Shown here piece after piece: positions 9,844 to 19,090 of a stretch of DNA of 64,000 bases. Location of the stretch: assembly GCA_965204985.1 (NCBI GenBank), contig CBDBFP010000002.1, positions 1,296,107-1,360,106 on the forward strand, in the 5' to 3' direction. Position 1 is the first letter of the stretch. Every line of letters starts with the position of its first letter. A program made the translations under genes and the position numbers. The notes under the pieces were generated by a model. The model had not been told where the DNA came from. It did not search any database and saw nothing but the letters and a program-made list of their open reading frames with translations. Source of the DNA: Hyphomicrobiales bacterium. GTDB taxonomy: Bacteria; Pseudomonadota; Alphaproteobacteria; Rhizobiales; CAJQND01.

Positions 9844-10782
9844 TTACATCCACTTAAGTTTTCGAAACAGCCAAACTTCAATTATGAGCAATACAGCCAT
9901 GATGGCGCATGTGATGGCAAATGCCCAGTTATTCTCTACACTTGGCATGCCCCCAACGTTGATCCCCAACAAGCCGGTTAGAAATGAGAGTGGGAGAAAA
10001 ATCGCAGCCATCACTGAAATGACGTACATGTTGCGGTTCATCGTCTCATTCAGTTGGTTGGAAATATCATCCTTAATCACATGCGCCCGTTCTCTAAGCG
10101 CATCAAGTTCTTCAACCATTCGCTGCTGCCTGTCCATGGCCTCCCGCAATGCTGGGCGAAGTTCGTCTGGTAACCATTTGGGAGGATCGGCAATCATGGC
10201 AGACAATGCCTCGCGTTGAGGCGCCAGAAACTGTCGCACTTCGATCACCTCACGGCGGATCTCACCCAGTTCGCGCCTTGTGTCGGCTGGATTGGTGTTT
10301 TCCACCTCAATCTCGATTGTGTCCAATCGATCATCAAATTGCGACACCAGCGATCCCATCTGCAGAACCAGCCGAGAGATAATATGTTCGAACAGTTCGG
10401 GCAACGTGGCAGGACCTGAACCTTCGTCAATGAGCTCACTGTAGAGTGCTCTTGGAACGAAAAGCCTACGATGCCTGAGACTGATCAATCGCTTGCCGTC
10501 ACACCAAAGGCGCACTGACACCAGATTGTCAGCAGCAGAGTCGTCATTGCGATTAACTGTATCCACTCTCTCCCCTAAACACCCGGGGCCGTGCTCCTCT
10601 GCAGTTATTGCCTCCACGGTGAACGCGGTGAGACCGCTCTCTTCTCGTAACCATTGAAGCACCTCTTCGTCGGTTCGATCAAGGTGAACCCAAAGCGGTC
10701 CATCGGTTGGCTTCCAAGCCTTGACGTCGTTCCAATCGACTGGTATTGCCCCGCCATTTCCATCTAACTGACAAGCGAACAA
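9844..10782 (-). CDS. zntB: CorA-superfamily zinc transporter ZntB-like
   Basis: 312 aa. Two C-terminal TM helices with the ZntB-type loop LTGLLGINVGGMP in place of GMN. Confidence 0.75.
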   Translation of the reverse strand: MFACQLDGNGGAIPVDWNDVKAWKPTDGPLWVHLDRTDEEVLQWLREESGLTAFTVEAITAEEHGPGCLGERVDTVNRNDDSAADNLVSVRLWCDGKRLISLRHRRLFVPRALYSELIDEGSGPATLPELFEHIISRLVLQMGSLVSQFDDRLDTIEIEVENTNPADTRRELGEIRREVIEVRQFLAPQREALSAMIADPPKWLPDELRPALREAMDRQQRMVEELDALRERAHVIKDDISNQLNETMNRNMYVISVMAAIFLPLSFLTGLLGINVGGMPSVENNWAFAITCAIMAVLLIIEVWLFRKLKWM

Positions 10783-10801
10783 AAAACCGGCATCTTCTTG
10801 A

Positions 10802-12456
10802 TCAGACCTTTGCAGTTCTCTTTACTAGTGTCTTTTGAGGGTCATTTGTCGATGGTTTTTCTCTCTTCTGCTGTTGTTTCTCCTCAGAAGTCTGGACTGG
10901 CAATGGAACTGTGCTGCGCAGATGAAGATCGCGCTGCGGGTAGGGTATCTCGATCTGGTTCTCTGCAAACTTCTGCCATACGCGTTCCAACAGATCGCTG
11001 GCCACATTTGACAGGCCCGCCTGTGGGTCGTTGATCCAGAAGCGCGCTTCAAGATCCACTGACGAGTCACCGAAGCCCCGTAACAGAACATTTGGATTGG
11101 GGTCTTCCAATATTCTGGGGATTTCGGCGATCGCCTCATAGATCAGCTTTTTGGCGAGTTGCAGATCACTTTTGTAGTGGATGCCAATCGGCACTTTCCG
11201 GCGCACGACAACATCAGAGTGTGACCAGTTGATCACCTGATTGACAATGAGTTCTTCCTTCGGGATGAGGTGTTCGGTTCCGTCCCGGGTTCGTACCGAA
11301 ATGTAGCGTGCACCGAGGCTCGATACTCAGCCCATAGTGTCACCAACATTGATCACATCGCCTGGCTTGATAGACCGGTCGGACAGAAGAATAATGCCAC
11401 TGATCAGGTTCGAGACGATCTTCTGCAATCCGATGCCGACACCGATGGCGCCAGAGAGCACTGCAAGTGCCGTGAAGTCGATACCAACGGCATTCAGAAC
11501 AACGACGAATACGAGAAAAAAGAGCCCAAATCGTGTGAGTTGACCGATTAATACCTTGACCGACGGCGCCAAACGCCTGGACTTCGTCAAGCGGCTTTGC
11601 AGGATTAGCGTTGCACTGGAAGTGAACCACAACATGAGCAGGTATAGCGAGAAGCGGCTATCGCCAATGGTCAGAGCTATGCTGTCAAGAAGTGCAATCG
11701 TCGGATTGAGGAGTCTCAGAATGTTTAAGGCAGCTATAATCCAGATGATAATCGCAATTGTTCGTGACCAGAACGGATCGCGCACGGCGCTCGAAACCAG
11801 CCTTATGAATATCTAGGTGTTGAGCAAGCTGGCCGCGATCCGAATGACATGATTACTGTATCCCAATCCTGTGACGGTGGGCAGCGCAATCCATAACGCG
11901 ACAACAAACAGAATTGGCCAGATGAGACCGCGCGCAGTTTCTCGCAAGGCAAACGCTTGCTTTTTCTTGCTTTCAGGCCAGAATCTGTCGAATGCTGACC
12001 GCAGCGGCTTTTGCAGCAGCCAGCACACGAGTCTAAGGGCTACCACTATGCCGAGTTGTGTTAGCCCGCCATAGGAGAAAACCCGAAACACAAACAGCGA
12101 ATAGATGCTGTCTAGGTGTTCGAGAAGCGGTGCAACCGACTTCGAAAGGCCTTCTGTGATTGCTTCTGCTGTATCTGGAGGCGTCTTCAGCCGGTTTCGC
12201 CAGTACTTTCGCTGTGTCTCCAGGTGTGCAGCTTTGCCGGCGGTCTCACCGGTATTCTCCTTCGCCTGTGCTGCTTTCTGAGCGGCACTAGGCGCGCTTT
12301 TTCGGCTGCGATCTCTGCTTTTTTCTCTGTGAGTTCCGCTTGATCAACCGGAGTCACAATTTGAGCAACCGTTTCCTCAGATGCCTGCGCGAGTCTCGTG
12401 TCCATTGGCTGGAGCCTCCTCTTGCTGCTGTAATGGTACGTGCGAACACCGGTCAA
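10802..12456 (-). pseudogene. MscS-family mechanosensitive channel, inactivated
   Basis: Four ORF pieces. The three downstream pieces (10802-11236, 11327-11785, 11813-12091) share one frame, interrupted by TGA (11327-11329, where a W is expected: GDTMG*VSSLGARYISVRTRDGTEHLIP) and TAG (11813-11815). The N-terminal piece (12187-12456) is in a different frame, with the shift near a T5/A5 run at 12298-12302. Confidence 0.8.
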
Positions 12457-12896
12457 TAGTCACTGGGGCACCTTAGGGACGCCGCGGTAGACTCAACACC
12501 AGCGCAACGGTGCATAGCCCAAAACATCAGGGCTAGAGACACGGCATAGTTGTAAACCTGTCGGCCCTTCCATATCCCGCACCCGCTTCCGTAAAGGCCA
12601 GCAACCTTCAATTACGCTGATGGTCAAGCCAACGCCGCGCGGAACATAAACTCCTTAAATTAGATTCGGCACAAACTCGTATCCGCACTGGCCATGCCGC
12701 CAGCGTGTTGCCTACCGAACTTGTGTCCGTGCTCCAGCGACCCTTGCTGGACGGCGGGATCACCAATTTGCAAAGCTGGACGCAAACATACAACCATACG
12801 CGCTCTACACAACAGCGATCTAGCTCCGCCCATATTTACCATATGACGTCAATCAAACTATATTTAAATTGAATATTTTTGACGTATCAAAGAATA

Positions 12897-13550
12897 TGGG
12901 GTCATGCCTAGCTGAGGGGATTTTTTCTCATGAAGCTATGGTATGAAATGAACAATCACTATTGCAAAGAGTCCCGCATTTCAGAGAAGAAAATCCGCGC
13001 GCGTGTTCGCGACTTCGCCGCCGATCTGACCACTCTACAGACAGCCGAACCCAGCGGCCTTGATCGCAATACTGTCAACAGGGTCTATCGGGCATTGCGC
13101 AAGCGCCTCCATACAGCTTGCCAGGCGCAGCCGCCCGATGTTCGGTGTTGTTGAAGGGGATGAAAGCTTGTTTGGAGCCAGGCGGGGGAAAGGTAAAGTG
13201 AGGAAGGGGCGCAGGCGGCAAGACAACCGTCTTCGGCCTCTTCGCGCGTGAGGATCAGGTTTACACGGAAGTCGTTCCAGGTTGCAAAAAAGCCACTCTA
13301 CAAGGCAGTATTGGAGGAAAGGCCGATCCGGCTTGGGTCCTCACCTGCGATGGCTGGCGAGGGGACAATGGCCTTGTTGATCCTGGCTATGGGCATTACA
13401 GGGTCGATCGTTCCAAGGACGCATTCGCCAGAGGCGATGTTCATATCAAGGGCCTGGAAGGCTTTTGGGGGGGCAAAGGGATGTCTGTCAAAGGTCAAAG
13501 GTGTGCCAGACCACACCGTTCATCTGCCGTTGAAAGAAACTGAATGGAGA
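12897..13550 (+). mobile_element. IS1595-family element, left end and frameshifted transposase, 3' part replaced by IS5
   Basis: The terminal sequence GGTCATGCCTAGCTGAGGGGATTTT matches the inverted end at about 58690-58713. Transposase pieces: VEGDESLFGARRGKGKV, VYTEVVPGCKKATLQ-like and HIKGLEGFWG...VPDHTVHLPLKETEW. Confidence 0.7.
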
Positions 13551-14417
13551 TCACGATGGCCTGGACCGACCTCACTCGCCGCCAACATGCCCGAACGGGC
13601 GGCAGGTATGCAAGCGACCTGACCGCCGCGGAAGGGGCGATCAGTGAACCTTTGATGCTGTCGCACACGTCCACCGGCCGGCCGCGCAAGACCGACCTTG
13701 CGCCCTGTGTTCGATGCGCTCCTTTACATTGCGACAACCGGTTGCCAGTGGCGGCTGTTGCCGAACGCCTTTCCACCGGTTTCGACGGTGCGGGGGTATT
13801 TTCAGGGCTGGCGCACTGACGGACGACTGGACGAGATGACCCGCGCGCTTGTCGGGATGGCGCGTCTGGCCGAGGGTCGCAAGGCCCGCCCGCCCGCCGG
13901 TATCCTCGACAGCCAGAGCGTGAAAGCCACGGAAAGGGGCGGGGTTACCGGCTATGACGTGGGCAAGCGGATCAAGGGTCGCAAGCGCCCTATCGTCACC
14001 GACACGCTTGGCTTGCTGGTCGGATGGGTGGGGCACAGTGCCGGGTTCCAGGACCGGGACGGTGCGCCGGATATGCTGAAAGCCGTGGCCGTGCGGTTTG
14101 CCATGTTGCGCCCTATTTTTGCCGATGGCGGCCAGGCCGGGCCAAAGCTGCGCGACGCCTTGAAAGCCATCGGGCGCTGGACCGTTGAGATCGTCAAACG
14201 CTCCCACATAGCCGGGGGCTTCAAGGGTCTCCCCCGCCGTTGGGTCGTCGAACGCACCCTTGCCTGGCTCGGACGATGCCGCCGTCTGTCAAAAGACCGG
14301 GAAAAATCCATCGCAAGCGCGGCCGCCCGGATCACCATCGCACACATCCGACGCGTCACCAGACATCTCGCAAGGGCAGGAAAACCCTGAAATAGTTTTG
14401 AACCAGACTCTGAGAGA
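13536..14417 (+). mobile_element. IS5-family (DDE_Tnp_1) element, copy 1, lacking the left inverted repeat
   Basis: Translations MAWTDLTRRQHARTGGRYASDLT... and RPVFDALLYIATTGCQWRLLP...DSQSVKATERGG...GKRIKGRKR. Right end is ...CAGACTCTGAGAGA. About 75 bp of the left end present in copy 2 is missing. Confidence 0.8.
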
Positions 14418-14629
14418 TTAATGCATTTTTAACGGGTAGGGTTTGGCCTCTGCGCGCCATGGAACCCGATTGACAGCTTGCGGAAAAAAGCAGTACGCAA
14501 ACGCCTTGCGTTGAACGGGGGCAAACCGGTCTCCGCTTTAAAAGAGAAACTGGCGATTGAACCTCGCAAGCGATGGCGATTTGTAAGTTGAAGCCACAAG
14601 CCTGCTTAAATACGGAGATTGAGCCGAAT

Positions 14630-16123
14630 ATGTTGAAGATTTCACAGTGTATTCGTTGGCCTCATCTGTATTTGTTCGTCCTTATTCTTGTGCTGATTGT
14701 TGAGCCTTCACCGGTCATTTCTCAAAGCCCCACAGATACCAAGATCAGAAACGAGTGTGTGGATCTGTCCTGGGTGCGGCCGGCTACGCTCCACAGACTC
14801 ATGAATTCTCCCGTCCTTGAGCCACTTGCGAAAACCGAAATAGATGCGCCGCTCGCGGATAATCGGAACAGTTTCAGCTGGTGCCTGGTCGGTGAATTGT
14901 TGCAATGGCTGCGAGTCATGAAGCCGGAGGACCCTCGGGAATATGATCGCGCTGCCTATCGGACCAAAGTCTGGGATGCTTTGTACTTGATGAGTTTCAA
15001 TGTTCTTGAGGGTGACACCTTCGAGCCTGAGGCAATCACTAGCAGTCTAAACCTGAAGTTTGCTGGTAGGTTCAGTCAAATGAAACCGGAGCCGAAGATA
15101 CAGAAGCCCACTAGTCAGAACGTTGCAGTGAAAGCAGGGCAAGAGAAGATAGCAGGAGAAGACGTAGCTGTTTCGCTTGTTCTGCTTACGAAGCGACCAG
15201 CTCCCAAACCCGAGGCCGAACCAGATCAGCTTCCGGCAACAGACCCGACAAAATCGAACAGAATTGATCCTCTTGGATTGAAGGCATACATGCGAACCGC
15301 CGAACTAAGCCTTGAACTCTTGCCACGCAACGTCACTAAACTTCCAGCAGACTGCAGGCCATTAAGCAGTTTCAAATCGTCCACAGACCCGGATGTACGC
15401 AAATATGCGCGGGAATTTGAAGCTCAGAAAATTTGTTATAAGGTGAGGAACATAGTCGAAAGCGGCACGAGATGGGTCTTGCAGGTTTTCGAGAACCCAC
15501 GACTGCCATCCGGTCCGACCTGGTTCTTGCCTCATGATGATAGTGATACTGCTTTTGATGCAGCTGTCCATGCTCTAAAAACGTTTGGCGGGCGCGTTGT
15601 TGCCGTGCACAGCAATGAAAAGAGGCAGAACGGAGGCGTCGATGTCAACCAGCTGTTTGGGACGACGAAAACCGAAGTGGCCGATTGCGCAGTCGCGAAG
15701 GATCATCCGTCCCCAAAGTTGACGGTGTTTATTTACAAACTGTTTCCGCCGGATTCGCCCGTCTTCATGATCGATAACAATGGCGATGAGGGCGAAGTGA
15801 CCGCCTCTGTCAGCGACGAATGGATGACAGGCGCTCTTGCGAATGGTGAGCCGGTTTCGAGTGACGCTGATGACTTCATCCGGCTTGTGGGCAGGAGCAA
15901 CCTTGAGCAGGAAAATGCCGTATCAAGTGCGATCAATTTCCTCCAAGATTCCGGATTTAACGTAATATACCAGACTATCCCCCGAGCTGGCTCCGATTGT
16001 TCGTTCGCCAATTTTGCGGCCCTGAGAGACAGGCCGTTCTTTTCAATCGAAGCCGAACACGGGCATCTTGCTGAGCAAAAAGCAATGATCGACAAACTGA
16101 TCAATATTCTCCAAAAAATTTGA
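14630..16123 (+). CDS. hypothetical secreted/membrane-anchored protein (orphan, AT-rich)
   Basis: N-terminal hydrophobic segment HLYLFVLILVLIVEPSPVISQSP and a P/K/E-rich linker. The C-terminal domain has WFLPHDDSDTAF, VAVHSNEKR and SIEAEHG. No secure family assignment. The ORF could also start at 14573. Confidence 0.6.
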   Translation: MLKISQCIRWPHLYLFVLILVLIVEPSPVISQSPTDTKIRNECVDLSWVRPATLHRLMNSPVLEPLAKTEIDAPLADNRNSFSWCLVGELLQWLRVMKPEDPREYDRAAYRTKVWDALYLMSFNVLEGDTFEPEAITSSLNLKFAGRFSQMKPEPKIQKPTSQNVAVKAGQEKIAGEDVAVSLVLLTKRPAPKPEAEPDQLPATDPTKSNRIDPLGLKAYMRTAELSLELLPRNVTKLPADCRPLSSFKSSTDPDVRKYAREFEAQKICYKVRNIVESGTRWVLQVFENPRLPSGPTWFLPHDDSDTAFDAAVHALKTFGGRVVAVHSNEKRQNGGVDVNQLFGTTKTEVADCAVAKDHPSPKLTVFIYKLFPPDSPVFMIDNNGDEGEVTASVSDEWMTGALANGEPVSSDADDFIRLVGRSNLEQENAVSSAINFLQDSGFNVIYQTIPRAGSDCSFANFAALRDRPFFSIEAEHGHLAEQKAMIDKLINILQKI

Positions 16124-16199
16124 ATTTCAGCGCTGTTATTCCTCTGACAAGCTTGAACGCATTGCCATCTCTTGAGAGGTGGTCTCGGGATTTCGGAGT

Positions 16200-17438
16200 T
16201 GTTAAGGTGGCTCGTCCAATGAGAGAGACGCTCCAAGATGACGAAGAGAAAGAACCATTCGCCAGAGTTCAAGGTCAAGGTTGCGCTTGAGGCGATCCGT
16301 TAAGATATGACGCTGGCAGAACTGTCGAAGAAGTACGGTGTGCACGCGACCCGGATCAGCACGTGGAAGCGGGCAGCGATCCAAAATAGGGCATCTGCGT
16401 TTACACGGCGGGGGGCCGATCCGGCTGCGGTCAATACGGCCGGGATCGAGAAATTGCATTCCAGGATCGGTCAGCTTGTCGTCGAGCGGGATTTTTGGGC
16501 CGATGCCTCGTTTCAACTGCTCGGGACGCGCGGCAAAAAATGGTGAGCAAGGATCATAAGCTGAGCCTTCGCCGTCAGTGCGCGTTGCTGACGCTGACGC
16601 GGTCCAACCTGGACTATCCCCCGAAGGGCGAGAGCACAGAGAAGCTGCGGTTCATGGCAATCATCGATAAGCAGTTCCTGGAAACGCCCTGGTACGGATC
16701 ACGCCAGATGGCGCGGTACCTGCAGCGTCAAGGCCACAAGTGTGGGCGGCATCGGGTCCGGAGGTTGATGCGCCTCATGAGGCTGGTTCCGATCTACCAG
16801 GCCCCCAACACCAGCAAGAAACATCCGCAACATAGGATATGGCCGTATCTGCTGAGGACCGTGGTGATTGAACGGTCTGACCAGGTCTGGTGTGCGGATA
16901 TGACCTACATCCCCCTGCGCAGAGGGTTCCTGTATTTGGTGGCCATCATGGATTGGTACAGCTGCAAGGTACTGGCCTGGCGGCTGTCAAACACGCTGGA
17001 GGCCGAATTCTGCGTTGATGCTTTGAAAGAGGCGCTGGCCAAGCACGGCAGCAAGCCGGAGATATTCAACCCCGATCAGGGGAGCCAATTCACCAGCGCA
17101 GACTGGATTGATGTGCTGAGCGACGCGAAGGTCGAGATCAGCATGGACGGCAAGGGGCGCTGGATTGACAACAGGATGATCGAGCGCCTGTGGCGGTCGC
17201 TGAAGTATGAATGCATCTATCTGCATGCCTTTGAGACTGGCTCAGAGGCGAAGGCCGGTATCCGCAAATGGCTAACCGACTGCAACGTCGAGCGACCGCA
17301 TCCGGTCCACGGCATCTTGACCCCCGACGAGGTCCATGCCAGCAAAACCGAACCCATGAAAATGGCAGCCTGATTTGAAATCCTGATCCACCTTGGCAAG
17401 GCTGAAAACTGGTCGAAAACCTAGGACAACCTCTTAGT
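16200..17438 (+). mobile_element. IS3-family insertion sequence (orfA with premature TAA, orfB intact-looking)
   Basis: orfA starts at 16238 (MTKRKNHSPEFKVKVALEAIR*DMTLAELSKKYGV), with the TAA at 16301-16303. An A-rich slippery region lies at about 16533. orfB has DDE-core motifs (WCADMTYIP, DQGSQFTS, ERLWRSLKYE). Imperfect terminal repeats TTAAGGTGG / CCTCTTAG. Confidence 0.8.
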
Positions 17439-17800
17439 TCCCGAGCGTTGATTTGATATTAACAACAAGTTCATTTTAAAATGCTAGCGTCCCACATTGG
17501 TCCGGGCCTGATTTTTATTGGCAGACCTAACCGAAAAGACCTTCTCGATCAGGTCAGCAAGTTCCTCAGCCTGGCGGTTCTGGATGTTGTAGACCACCAT
17601 TTTCTTTTCAGAGCAGCCGGGTTGAAAAGGCCTGAGAACCAATCAATCACGCCATCGGTATAATTCCCCGATTTTTCCTTGCACTTAACGTCGTATCGCG
17701 CTAATGAGCCCTTCGGAGGGCAATTGGGCTGCCGCCTGAAACAAGCGGCGGCTCTTGAGCTGATCAAACCAAATGTTAAATGAAGTAAAGGATCACAGGA

Positions 17801-17992
17801 ATGGCCAGTGAGTCTCAAGAGAAGTTGGAAAATGAAATTAGAAAACTGTACACGGAATTACAGCAAAGGATTGGCGCCCTAGAGTTATTGCAATCTGAGT
17901 TGGACAAAACCACAGATGATCTTCAGAAGCATCGTGATTTGGTACAAGAGCTTCGTGAAAAGTTAAAAACACTGAGAAGCATGAAGCGTTGA
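17801..17992 (+). CDS. small coiled-coil protein (63 aa)
   Basis: AGGA lies 5 nt upstream of the ATG. Heptad-like charged sequence EKLENEIRKLYTELQQRIGALELLQSELDKTTDDLQKHRDLVQELREKLKTL. Same strand as and just upstream of the sulfotransferase. Confidence 0.5.
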   Translation: MASESQEKLENEIRKLYTELQQRIGALELLQSELDKTTDDLQKHRDLVQELREKLKTLRSMKR

Positions 17993-18085
17993 ACACAACC
18001 GCTTGAAATTTTGCGCGCCGAGATGTTGAAGTTTCTCCCCAACCTCTCGCAATAAAACTGGTGCTGCGTGGGTAATGTTTGAAAA

Positions 18086-19090
18086 ATGAATGTTTTGCTA
18101 ATATCGAATCAACGCTCAGGGTCCAATACGGTCAAGAACATACTTAGGAAATCTGTTGCGGGTCTGAAGAATGCGGGCGAACCTTTTCAGAGTAAGTCGG
18201 GGAGAAAAGCACAGGATCCTTACCTTGAGAGCCTTGGTTACCTTGGTTACTATGATTACCTGGATAAAAACAGCCGTTCGTTGCCCAGTTTAGGCGAGTT
18301 TATCGGGAACCATCAACATGTCGAAGCATATGAACGTGCGCGCAAATACTTGGGATTCTTAAATAATGATGAGGATTTTCTTTTATTTGATGTTAAATAT
18401 AATAATTTTAGAATACTGGATCCAATATTTTTCTACTCGACAGAGCCACCGGTTTTTCTAAACGTGTGGATGGAGAAAGATCAACCAATAATTCACCTAA
18501 TTCGCGATAATGTTTTTTCAATGTATGTTTCAGACAAATTTAAGGAGGTGACCGGCCAGGGGCATTATAGGGAAAATGAAGAAATAGATGAGGCCGATGT
18601 TCCAAGGATCAGGATCGACCCAAATGCTGCGGCGCAATATATGATGCTCGTCAAAGAGTCAGAAATTTTGTTTTCTGACTATTTAAGCAATTACAAAAAC
18701 AAAGTTGAACTTAATTACGAGAATGATTTGGTCGACGATCAACTTCAAGAAGCTGCCCGTGACCGAATTGGGAAATTGTTAAAATTGGAGGCAGGTTTGG
18801 AGAGAGAAGATTCTGGGCTAAGAAAAACCCCGCTTGAATACCAAAAGAAAATCACAAACAAAAAAGAAATTATCAATTATTTTACCGGTAGCCGTTTCGA
18901 AGATCAGGTTACCGACTTTTTTGCGAGTAAGAAGGTTGTTGAGGTCGAGAGGAGAACCAAAGGCAGTCCAAAGAGGATAACCAAAGACAGCCCAAAGAGG
19001 GTAACCAAAGGCAGTCCAAAGAGGATAACCAAAGACAGTCCAAAGAGGATAACCAAAGACAGCCCGAGAAAAAGTGACAGTCTTGAATGA
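18086..19090 (+). CDS. Stf0/NodH-like sulfotransferase with C-terminal basic tandem-repeat tail
   Basis: 5'-PSB-like loop LLISNQRSGSNTV and 3'-PB-like IIHLIRDNVFSMYVS. The C-terminus is about 5 repeats of ITK(D/G)SPKR. AT-rich. 4-bp overlap with the next gene. Confidence 0.6.
   Translation: MNVLLISNQRSGSNTVKNILRKSVAGLKNAGEPFQSKSGRKAQDPYLESLGYLGYYDYLDKNSRSLPSLGEFIGNHQHVEAYERARKYLGFLNNDEDFLLFDVKYNNFRILDPIFFYSTEPPVFLNVWMEKDQPIIHLIRDNVFSMYVSDKFKEVTGQGHYRENEEIDEADVPRIRIDPNAAAQYMMLVKESEILFSDYLSNYKNKVELNYENDLVDDQLQEAARDRIGKLLKLEAGLEREDSGLRKTPLEYQKKITNKKEIINYFTGSRFEDQVTDFFASKKVVEVERRTKGSPKRITKDSPKRVTKGSPKRITKDSPKRITKDSPRKSDSLE
18955..19074 (+). repeat. five tandem 24-bp coding repeats (AACCAAAGRCAGYCCAAAGAGGRT)
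   Basis: Read directly. Units at 18955, 18979, 19003, 19027 and 19051. The last unit is degenerate. Confidence 0.9.

Noticed and set aside
11327-11329. In-frame TGA as selenocysteine or Trp recoding
   Set aside because: The same gene also has an in-frame TAG and a frameshift. Other genes in the window use TGA as a normal stop. Pseudogenisation is the simpler reading.
13641-14359. Minus-strand ORFs of 188 and 135 aa (mirrored at 25316-25872)
   Set aside because: They are antisense to the IS5 transposase and have Arg/Pro/Gly-rich shadow composition.
17490-17612. Short minus-strand ORF MVVYNIQNRQAEELADLIEKVFSVRSANKNQ resembling a secretin N-domain repeat
   Set aside because: It is only about 38 codons with no surrounding gene. 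At most it is a gene fragment in IS-flanking debris, too weak to call.
18955-19074. Possible CRISPR-like array
   Set aside because: The units are directly abutting 24-mers without spacers. They lie in frame inside a CDS, so this is a coding tandem repeat. No CRISPR array was seen anywhere in the window.
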